Shown here piece after piece: positions 1-7,998 of a DNA stretch of 64,000 bases. The notes beneath the pieces are model-generated. The model did no database searches and was not told where the DNA came from. It was given only the letters and a program-made list of their open reading frames with translations. The position numbers and the translations under genes were made by a program. How positions within the stretch are numbered: the first letter of the stretch is position 1; each line of letters opens with the position of its first letter. This DNA comes from an uncultured bacterium (lineage in GTDB: Bacteria > Babelota > Babeliae > Babelales > Babelaceae): contig CAVRKK010000002.1 in the NCBI GenBank assembly GCA_963722385.1, forward strand, positions 864,001 to 928,000. The letters run 5' to 3'.

Positions 1-274
1 AGGCATAACAGGAAGCCGCGGCGATTATGGGTTTGGATTAACTCGATACCTAGATTAGGGCGTATATTTTATATTTTTTGCAAGAGCCAGATTATGAGCA
101 AGAATTATAATGCTTTTAAAGAAAGTTTTTTTTGTGTTGTGGGAGTATTGCGATGAAAATGTATCGCTATTTTTTTGTTTTTTCTAGCGGGGTTCAGCTG
201 GAACAGGCTTTGCCTTAGCACGATATTTAGATAGCATAGATTAGCTTTGGCATAATGGAGGACGAGAAATATCC

Positions 275-3200
275 TCACGTAGGCAGGCTGAGCGTTTTCT
301 TACCTTGAGATTCAAGAAGAAGGTTAACGTTATCGACGTATGATATTTCTAAATCTTTAACTCTACTATTGAACTGATCTCTAAATGCGTCAATTAAAGT
401 ATTTCCTTTACCGAAGGGATCAGCTTTGCCAATGTCCCCCGCCTCCTTCTCAATCATTGATTCAAGAGCTATGAGATCAGCCACTTGACGACGATACACA
501 TCGATAGTGTCGCGCGCCGTTTGGATCAATTTGTCAGCGGTTGGTTTCTCTTGTGTTCCCTCTTTAGCACCCCAAATTAAATTCCAGATGCCATCGAGGA
601 TGCCGGTATTTTCCCGTGCTACATCAGCCATAATTTTGGTAGCTATGTCAACAAGAACACTGTTGTATTCTATTTGGGCGCGGCGTGCTTCGATATGGCA
701 TTTAAGCATACGGCGATAGTCTCGCGTTAAGTTCTTTTTGGTAAGCCACCGATTTAAGAAAAGCCGACCTTTGAGCGCTTCTTCTTTTTGCTTAAAGCCA
801 GCTTCTACAGCAGTCGCTCGCGCATTGGGTTCAATGCCAAGCTGCGCATAAAGCTCTTCTTGTGCTTTAGTAGCCCACGCTATTTTTTGATCAACGCCCT
901 CTTTTACTTTTTCTGCGTTCCTGACCATATTGGTGACCTCAGAAGAAAACAAGCTTTTCATTTTCTCAACGGCTTTATTCCAAAGTCCAGGATCTTTTTG
1001 AATATATTCAGGCACATAGCCTGCTTTAAAAAGAAGCTCGTTTAATTTTTCATAATCTTGTTCGGTTGGCTTCAGGGTCGCATAAAGAAGGTACAAGCTC
1101 GCTCCTGCACCGGCGCCAGCAAAGAGAGCAGCAATATCGCCTGTCACACCGCCCACCATGCTTCCAATAGTTGCCCCAGCAACGGTTCCTACGGGTCCAA
1201 TGGCGCTTCCCAGGGTTCCGCCGATTATCGGTGCTCCCGCCTGCACCGTTATTTTAGTGGCAAAGAAAGCAACAACAGCGGCGGGAATTGCGCTGTACCA
1301 TGCTACTTTACTGGCAGTCTCTTTACCAGCAATCATCGCTTGCTTCCAGCGAGCAGCAAGATCAGCTAAGCTGGCATTAACGGCACTTTTCAACTTGGTA
1401 TAGATATCTTTGACCTCTTCAGTAATAGTTGCCTCATCAGCGGTAAAAACTGCCTCAGGATCAGAGAGGCCAATAATTCGCATAATCCAGGTTGTTAAGC
1501 CAGCTGCCTTGCGTGTTTCCGCCTGCTCTTTTTGAGGTAACGACTCAATATAAGCTTCACTTTCAACAAGTGACTCAAAATAGGGATTGACTGATTCCTT
1601 TCTTAACTCGGCACGTGCTACGGAGAGCAAATCACTTATATCATTGAGCAATTCTGTTTTATCAATTTTGGCCAGTGGCGGCGGGTTATTGATAGCAGTA
1701 GTATTAACAACACCAGAAACTGCTTCTTCAACTTTGTTTTCGAGAATGTTTCTACGATAGAGATACTGAAGAACATCAACCTGATCATCAAGAATAAGCA
1801 ACTGCAGTCTATAAGCCTCTGCAATTTCGATAGGTCGCCCCGTAGGGCTGAGTCTCTGAAGGCTTGGCTCTATACCAGAAGCATGCTGCTTTTGATATTC
1901 ATCAAGCTGCTTTGCGCGGCGCTCAATGTCGCTTAGAGTATCAACAATGCTTACTAAATATAGCCCACGATCACTTGGCCTATAATATGTTTGACCTTCT
2001 CGTACATCACGAATCAAAAAGCCACTTTTTTCTAAATCATCAAGCTGCTGTGCTGAGAGTTTCTCAAAATGATAAGCAAGCCTTTTAATAAAGTCCGCCA
2101 CCTGCAGCAAATCGTACTCTTTGCCATCAATCGTTGCTTTTGGCTCACGCACGAGACTCGTAAGCTTATCCAATGCTTCTTGTTGCTTCTTCATAGCCTC
2201 AAGACGATCGGTAAATATTTTTTCTTGATCATAATCGAGGGAAACAGGAATGCCAGCAAAAGCTTTGGTTACGGTTACATACACTTGGCCAATAGTTGCT
2301 TTTTCTTGCTCGCTTAATTGAGCAGACGCCTTGGTTAATGCGTTATAGGCGTCAGCTGCATCGATAATATCCGTCCATGCCTCTACCTGCCCATAGGTAC
2401 GTTGAAACTCTGGTACCATCCCTTCGGGTACTGCATGTTCTGTTATTGCTTCAAGCTCCTGCTTCTGCTGTCCAAGTTCTTTGCCATGGGCTGTGATATT
2501 GGCGAGATCAGATTTTGTAAGCTCTGGCAATATTTCGTTGAACCGGTCTCTTATCGCTACGAGACGCTTAACATTCGTTTGAAGTACTTCTTTTCGAGGC
2601 CCAAGGGCTTTTTCGATTTGTTCGGTGAGACTATTTAAGTTTGTAAGATCAGCTGATTCGCTCAGTAAATCTTTTAAGCTATAACTTTTATCTTTCTCCT
2701 CGATGAGTGGCTGGGTAAGGTTTACGTAGATAGCCTCTAAGTTATCATAAAGCTCTTTAAGCCTTTTTGGATCAGTCGTTTTGCTCATTTGCTCAAGTGT
2801 GCTCGTAGCTTCTTGATTCATCCCAGCGAGCATATCTTCAGGAAGCGCAGACAGCCGATTGAAAAGCTTGCTTTGTTCCTCTTCTTTTGACTCAAATTCT
2901 ATATCATGCTCGAGAACACCCATGATGCCGCCTTCATCGACCAGCGTGTCGAGCACCTTAAAAATAGCCTTATTGAGCTTGTTAAAAAGTTGCTTATTGG
3001 CTTGTGTTTCTGGCAAATCCTTTTGTTCATTCATAAAATCGTTAACGCGAGAAAGCCTTCGTGCCGCTGCTTGAAATTCTGGGTCTGTTTTGCTGGCGCC
3101 ATTCTTCTTGGTAAAAATTAAATATTTATTGAGCAAGTCCACTTCTTTAACATAAGCATTCAGGTATAATGCTTCTTTCTGCTCTTCTGTTTGGCCAGGT

Positions 3201-4333
3201 TGCGTAAGCGGTGAAATATCGCGTGTTAAACTATGATTGCTTAATTCGTTCGACAAAAGTCGATTCGCGGTAATAACGAATATATGAGAAAGCTTGGGCA
3301 TTTGCTTGGATAAAGTTTCGGCTTTCTCACTTTCCGCTATATCCTTGAGCGTACTTAGTCCCTGTTCAAATGATAAAGCGTCAACCGGTTTAGTTATTTT
3401 TTCAATAATTTCTGCTAAAGCATTTTGAATGGCGTGATGGTGAATTTCAGATAACATAAGGCCCTTAGAGATGCCTAAATAATCGCTTATTACGTCAGTA
3501 AAATTTTGCGAAATATTTGAAGAGCCTTCTTTAAGTCCAGCAGTCTGTAAGTAATCAATGATTTTCCGAGTAATCATGATTTCTATTGAATTTTTAAATT
3601 GAGGGCCTACCTTAATTTTTTTGAGAATTGTTATAATCAATTCATTCACTTGTTCAGGCTCCTGATTTTTAAATTGGCTGTTTTCGATAACTTGATCTAA
3701 CTTTTTAGCGAGGGCTTTGATGATTTGGCCATAATCGTGATCAGCTTCATCAGGCGTAAAATAATTTTTATTTTTCATGTCAAGAGCTTGCTGAGCTATA
3801 AGCGAGAGTGCATCTATGCTTTGATTAGCACCAAAGCTTGCAGGCAATTTCTCCACAATTTCAATTATATGCTGTGCTCGTTCTTCGGGAGGGGTAGCGA
3901 CAAACAAAGCGCCTCCTTTGCCCCAAATCCTGCCAGGTTGTTCCGCAAATGTTTCCCAAGCTTTTTGCCAACTTGTTATATCTGATGCTTGGAGAACTTC
4001 TTGTTCACTGCCAGCTTTTGCGACTACAATTGGCACCTGATTAGACGGTGTTGATGGGGGAAAAGCAGGAACTGCTTTTGATTCTTCTTCAGAGACCTCT
4101 TTAAGCTGCTGAGCAATTTGCTTTTGCTGGCCTTCGATTTTTGAAACTTCTTCTGGTTTGTTTTCTCGTTGAGCTAAAAGTAATCTTTGCTCAAGTTGTC
4201 CTTGTTCCTTTTCTAAATGAGCTTTCCTGGCCGATAGCTCTTCTGGAGTCTCAGCATCTTGGGCTTGTGTTAGCGGAACAAGTAAACTAAAACATAAGAA
4301 AGCTGAAATGAAAATTAGGCTGAGCTGCTTCAT
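275..4333 (-). CDS. Large exported coiled-coil protein with glycine-zipper hydrophobic segment (hypothetical, effector/pore-former-like)
   Basis: 1352-aa ORF; Sec signal peptide (MKQLSLIFISAFLCFSLLVPLTQA); E/K/Q/L-rich helical body; GxxxG-rich hydrophobic stretch GAPIIGGTLGSAIGPVGTVAGATIGSMVGG near the C-terminus; AGGAG RBS upstream. Confidence 0.8.
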   Translation of the reverse strand: MKQLSLIFISAFLCFSLLVPLTQAQDAETPEELSARKAHLEKEQGQLEQRLLLAQRENKPEEVSKIEGQQKQIAQQLKEVSEEESKAVPAFPPSTPSNQVPIVVAKAGSEQEVLQASDITSWQKAWETFAEQPGRIWGKGGALFVATPPEERAQHIIEIVEKLPASFGANQSIDALSLIAQQALDMKNKNYFTPDEADHDYGQIIKALAKKLDQVIENSQFKNQEPEQVNELIITILKKIKVGPQFKNSIEIMITRKIIDYLQTAGLKEGSSNISQNFTDVISDYLGISKGLMLSEIHHHAIQNALAEIIEKITKPVDALSFEQGLSTLKDIAESEKAETLSKQMPKLSHIFVITANRLLSNELSNHSLTRDISPLTQPGQTEEQKEALYLNAYVKEVDLLNKYLIFTKKNGASKTDPEFQAAARRLSRVNDFMNEQKDLPETQANKQLFNKLNKAIFKVLDTLVDEGGIMGVLEHDIEFESKEEEQSKLFNRLSALPEDMLAGMNQEATSTLEQMSKTTDPKRLKELYDNLEAIYVNLTQPLIEEKDKSYSLKDLLSESADLTNLNSLTEQIEKALGPRKEVLQTNVKRLVAIRDRFNEILPELTKSDLANITAHGKELGQQKQELEAITEHAVPEGMVPEFQRTYGQVEAWTDIIDAADAYNALTKASAQLSEQEKATIGQVYVTVTKAFAGIPVSLDYDQEKIFTDRLEAMKKQQEALDKLTSLVREPKATIDGKEYDLLQVADFIKRLAYHFEKLSAQQLDDLEKSGFLIRDVREGQTYYRPSDRGLYLVSIVDTLSDIERRAKQLDEYQKQHASGIEPSLQRLSPTGRPIEIAEAYRLQLLILDDQVDVLQYLYRRNILENKVEEAVSGVVNTTAINNPPPLAKIDKTELLNDISDLLSVARAELRKESVNPYFESLVESEAYIESLPQKEQAETRKAAGLTTWIMRIIGLSDPEAVFTADEATITEEVKDIYTKLKSAVNASLADLAARWKQAMIAGKETASKVAWYSAIPAAVVAFFATKITVQAGAPIIGGTLGSAIGPVGTVAGATIGSMVGGVTGDIAALFAGAGAGASLYLLYATLKPTEQDYEKLNELLFKAGYVPEYIQKDPGLWNKAVEKMKSLFSSEVTNMVRNAEKVKEGVDQKIAWATKAQEELYAQLGIEPNARATAVEAGFKQKEEALKGRLFLNRWLTKKNLTRDYRRMLKCHIEARRAQIEYNSVLVDIATKIMADVARENTGILDGIWNLIWGAKEGTQEKPTADKLIQTARDTIDVYRRQVADLIALESMIEKEAGDIGKADPFGKGNTLIDAFRDQFNSRVKDLEISYVDNVNLLLESQGKKTLSLPT

Positions 4334-4402
4334 TACGCACTCCTGATTTTAATTTGCTATTTACAAATAATCATAACTAATATTTAGCATGAATTGCAAT
4401 AT

Positions 4403-4432
4403 AAAAAAGGCCAGCACATAAAGTGCTGGCTT
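4403..4432 (-). terminator. Rho-independent terminator after ankyrin gene
   Basis: GCCAGCAC-ataaa-GTGCTGGC stem-loop with an A6 run on + strand (U-tract on minus). Confidence 0.7.
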
Positions 4433-4458
4433 AAAGATCAACTAAGACTTGAAGTAAA

Positions 4459-5262
4459 TTACAAACCAACAAGGCTTCTAAGGCCGCTCAACCATCCTTT
4501 ACCGTAGCTTTGTTGGGCTGTCAAGATGGCCCTAGCCATGCTTGGCCCTCTTCTTCCTGCCGTATCGGGATTAATAACCATATCAGCTGTACGATTTCCG
4601 TCGCTATCAAAGCTCCGGATATTGGGGTTCGCACCCTTTTCAATCAAAAAATTTACGGCTAAGCTCTCTCCTTGGGCTACCGCATAATGCAGTGCTGTCC
4701 AGCCTCTGTCATCTTGCGCATCGATATCAGCCCACAAACTTAAAAGAACCCTTTTTTCGGGTAAATCATGTTCAACAGCGTATTGTAATGCTGTTTGACC
4801 ATTAGGACCACGGCCTTCAAGAGCTTTTATATTATAAGAAATCAGCAGCCTTAAAAGCTCTTCACGATCAGTAAATTTCTGAAGTATAATGAAAATTGGC
4901 GGAAATCCTTGAGCGTTTTTAATCAAAGGATCTGCGCCTTTTTGAAGGAGATCCTTGATTATTTGGCGATTAGAGCCTCCTACTGCTTCTAAGAGTGGTG
5001 TATTGCCCGTTTCTGGGTCTCGGTAGTTAATGATATCAGATGTCGCCTTAGTTAAGGCATAAATGAGATCCGTATCTTCGTCACTAACCGCTTGGATAAG
5101 CTTTCTGCCCTGTTCCGCTTCCTCAGGGGAGTATTCTTTTGCACTCGTTTCCTCATCGCTGCTTGATTCATGACCAGGGGCTTCCATCCCGGTCGCTTGC
5201 CAGCTACCCAGAGCGAGCACTACAGATAGACCTATGATTCCGAGAATTTTTCTCATGTCCAT
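4459..5262 (-). CDS. Exported ankyrin-repeat protein
   Basis: Ankyrin motifs GNTPLLEAV, GQTALQYAV, GWTALHYAV...GANPN; signal peptide followed by G-M-E. Confidence 0.9.
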   Translation of the reverse strand: MDMRKILGIIGLSVVLALGSWQATGMEAPGHESSSDEETSAKEYSPEEAEQGRKLIQAVSDEDTDLIYALTKATSDIINYRDPETGNTPLLEAVGGSNRQIIKDLLQKGADPLIKNAQGFPPIFIILQKFTDREELLRLLISYNIKALEGRGPNGQTALQYAVEHDLPEKRVLLSLWADIDAQDDRGWTALHYAVAQGESLAVNFLIEKGANPNIRSFDSDGNRTADMVINPDTAGRRGPSMARAILTAQQSYGKGWLSGLRSLVGL

Positions 5263-5470
5263 AACAATCCTTTCAGTTTATATAATAAAAGATAAATATA
5301 TCCATCAAACTAGCACGTTTATTAGTATTTGACAATTTTTTAAATAATCTAGTGATATTATTTCTGATAATAACAAATTTTATTGTCAGATGCCAACAAA
5401 ATGAAGCGTGCCGCCATATTTGAGCCCACCAGCCAAATTGAGAGCACTATCTTGTTAAAGAAGGATAATA

Positions 5471-6244
5471 TTAAAGCTTTAAAACCTCTCTGTAAAGGAG
5501 CACGTTTGAACAAAGGCTCTTCAATTCTTCCAATTTTCGTGCATAGTTTAAAATAAGGGGAATTTTTACAAGAGGGTAAGGGCTAGCAAAAGAAACACGC
5601 CAAGCAGATTTAGTCAAATATTCCTTTTGTAGAACTAGCTGATCAGCCTTATCTATTTCTTCATCAGCAAGAATACGATCTGCTAGCTTCACTATATATT
5701 CACCTACACTTATAATGTCAGCAATGATATTTTTATATTCCGAAGGAAATTCTTCTTTCTTGATTTTTATTTGTAAAAAATTTTTATAAGCGGCTTCTAG
5801 TTTAATAATTAATTCTGGTGCGATTCCTGCTACGATTTCTCCTTCATGAAAAAACTCTATGGCATATCTTTTGCTAGGTGAAAATATCCAAACATTATCT
5901 CCCTGATAATCAAGGGTATTTTGTAGAAAGGTAATAGCATCTTTCGCTTCTGTTTTTACAGCTGGTAAAGAACCGTTATCCCAAATTATATATACGCAAT
6001 TGTCTGCTTCCGCAATGTTGATACCGTGCTGATCTAGAAATTGATATATTTGTTCTAGAAGGGGTTTTTCAAGATCAATCAATGTTTTCTCATTCACTTT
6101 TTCCCAATTTACCCTTCCCCATAAAACAAAAGGGAACATTTTGGTTAAAACTTCATCAACTTCATTTGTGCTTGATTGCGAAAGTATCGTTCTTTTTCTC
6201 GGATCAATTTCATTCATATAATCCTCAAACAAAGTGGACATCAT
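5471..6244 (-). CDS. Putative CdiI-type immunity protein with extra C-terminal helical domain (paralog 2)
   Basis: N-terminal TLFE..FP..VNWEK..IWDNGSLP..WIF..EFFHEG pattern resembling a CDI immunity family (recalled); directly downstream of an orphan toxin tip; paralog of 6842..7585. Confidence 0.7.
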   Translation of the reverse strand: MMSTLFEDYMNEIDPRKRTILSQSSTNEVDEVLTKMFPFVLWGRVNWEKVNEKTLIDLEKPLLEQIYQFLDQHGINIAEADNCVYIIWDNGSLPAVKTEAKDAITFLQNTLDYQGDNVWIFSPSKRYAIEFFHEGEIVAGIAPELIIKLEAAYKNFLQIKIKKEEFPSEYKNIIADIISVGEYIVKLADRILADEEIDKADQLVLQKEYLTKSAWRVSFASPYPLVKIPLILNYARKLEELKSLCSNVLLYREVLKL

Positions 6245-6271
6245 CAGCTCCTTATATAACTAATTTTTTAA

Positions 6272-6445
6272 TTATTTATTAAGATGCGTTAATAAGTTGA
6301 GAACAGTGTTTAAGTCTCCTTCGAATGGAATAGCAATGTTTACACCGCCATTTCCTTTTTTACCAAGCCGAAAATCAACCACATTAATATGAGGCCCTTT
6401 CGTAGGATCCCAATCAAGCCTAAAATGAGCTTTGCAACCTACCAT
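6272..6445 (-). CDS. Orphan polymorphic toxin C-terminal fragment (57 aa, not in ORF track)
   Basis: Hand translation MVGCKAHFRLDWDPTKGPHINVVDFRLGKKGNGGVNIAIPFEGDLNTVLNLLTHLNK*; shares RLDWDPTKGPH..DF..GK...FEG with the C-terminus of ORF 7999..9720. Confidence 0.8.
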   Translation of the reverse strand: MVGCKAHFRLDWDPTKGPHINVVDFRLGKKGNGGVNIAIPFEGDLNTVLNLLTHLNK

Positions 6446-6807
6446 TTCCATTCCAACAATCTTTCGTTGTTGCTTTTTAAAGCTGCAATATACTGATCAA
6501 TTTTCTTATCATCGAGCACGTGATTTGGCTCGTCGAGCTCCTCAAGTTCATTCATTACGCTCGCAATAGAATCACATTCATTATCTGCATAGTCGAATAG
6601 TTCTGAAAACCATACTACGTTAACCCAATTAAGCAAAAATTCCTTGTTGATTTTTCCTAATTTATATTTGCTCAGCAAATTAATAACATGCTTACTTGCG
6701 ATTATTACGGATGCAGCTTTTTCTCTATCGCGAGGAAGTAGTTGAAAAAGCTCTTCTTTTGAAAGTTCTAAGTCTCTAAATTTTTCTAATGCGCTACTTA
6801 TCTGCAT
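6439..6807 (-). CDS. Putative orphan immunity protein
   Basis: 122-aa AT-rich ORF in the array downstream of the toxin; acidic/helical; no housekeeping similarity recognised. Confidence 0.6.
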   Translation of the reverse strand: MQISSALEKFRDLELSKEELFQLLPRDREKAASVIIASKHVINLLSKYKLGKINKEFLLNWVNVVWFSELFDYADNECDSIASVMNELEELDEPNHVLDDKKIDQYIAALKSNNERLLEWKW

Positions 6808-6841
6808 TAATACCTTGTTTATTGGTAAAAGAAGGGTAATG

Positions 6842-7585
6842 CTACAATTTTAAAACCTCTCTGTAAAGGAGCACGTTTGAACAAACGTTCTTCAATTCTT
6901 CCATTTTTCGCGCATAGTCTAAGACAGGAGGAATTTTTACAAGGGGACAAGGGTTAGCAAGAGGAACGCGCCAAGCAGATTTAGTCAAGTACTCCTTTCG
7001 TAGAACAAGCTGATCAGCATTATCTATTTCTTCATGAGCAAGAATACGTGCTGCTAGCACTGCTATATGTTCCCCCGCGCTTATAATGTCGGTAATAATA
7101 TTTCTATACTCAAGAGGGAATTCTTCTTTTTTTATTTTGGTTTGCAAAAAAGTTTTGTAAGCCGCTTCCAGTTTAATATTTAAATCTGGTGCAACTCCAA
7201 TAGTAATACCTCCTATATTGTAATATTCAATCGCATACCTAGATATAGGGCAAAAAATCCATGTACGTGAACCAAGTATAGTAATAGTATCGATCTCCCA
7301 GAGAAACTTCGTTAACTTTGCTTTACAAGGAAATGTTTCAGCATTATCCCATAGGGCAATAGTTTCCATATTTGCATTAGGTACCAACATATTAACTGTG
7401 GTAATTACTTCTTCGATCGTATCAACCTCTACCTTTTTGTCTATTTTTTCCCAGTCGATTGCAGAGAACAGAAAAGGGAAAAGTACCTCAAAAATAGTGA
7501 AAATTTTTTCGTCTTCTTCTCCTCGAATAACTTGAACATCGTTCCCTATTTCTTCAATAACTTCGTCAAATAAAGTGTTTTCCAT
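6842..7585 (-). CDS. Putative CdiI-type immunity protein with extra C-terminal helical domain (paralog 1)
   Basis: TLFDE..FPF..IDWEKI..LWDNAETFP..TWIF pattern; C-terminal 116 aa are 91/116 identical (hand count) to ORF 5471..6244. Confidence 0.7.
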   Translation of the reverse strand: MENTLFDEVIEEIGNDVQVIRGEEDEKIFTIFEVLFPFLFSAIDWEKIDKKVEVDTIEEVITTVNMLVPNANMETIALWDNAETFPCKAKLTKFLWEIDTITILGSRTWIFCPISRYAIEYYNIGGITIGVAPDLNIKLEAAYKTFLQTKIKKEEFPLEYRNIITDIISAGEHIAVLAARILAHEEIDNADQLVLRKEYLTKSAWRVPLANPCPLVKIPPVLDYARKMEELKNVCSNVLLYREVLKL

Positions 7586-7659
7586 ATAATGCCCTCAGGT
7601 AGCTTCTTAAATGTGAAAATTGTTCATTCTTGATTTTTAATATAAAGCAATTTGCGAGT

Positions 7660-7990
7660 TAGTTCTGCCCCTCATGATAAATACAATTTCCTATCTTTCA
7701 CTCGAAGAAATATCATTATATCAAAGGCTGCTGCAGTAAACATAACTAATATTGCCAAAGCTATGTTTAAATTGTTAGTTAACAGCAGGAATATATTATT
7801 CCATAAGATAAATATCCTTGGCCTTTCTTATCCAAGCTATCAGTTATCCATAGATATCTTGGTTCATTTCTGTTACACTACTATTTCAATTGACCAACCT
7901 CATCAACAACCCAGCGCATTAAAAAGCTCACAAGCTTGCCTTTTGTCTAATATTGTAATATTTTGTTTGCCCAAGGCGCCTCGAGTGCAT
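7660..7990 (-). pseudogene. Decayed immunity gene of the same family, in the cognate position after the toxin
   Basis: Collinear fragments in shifting frames: GALGKQNITILDKRQACELFNAL, IFILWNN/IPAV, TAAAFDIMIF, YHEG, matching IIWDN..LPAV, WIF and FHEG of the intact paralogs. Confidence 0.55.
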
Positions 7991-7998
7991 TTATTTCC

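Larger units (their letters stand above)
5471..7192 (-). repeat. Direct repeat of ~351 bp (5471..5821 and 6842..7192) encoding the shared C-terminal domain of the immunity paralogs
   Basis: Near-identical DNA, e.g. TTTAAAACCTCTCTGTAAAGGAGCACGTTTGAACAAA in both copies; offset 1371 bp. Confidence 0.9.

Noticed and set aside
5385..5455. Minus-strand peptide DSALNLAGGLKYGGTLHFVGI* after the last immunity gene as another orphan fragment
   Set aside because: Too short, no start and no recognisable motif
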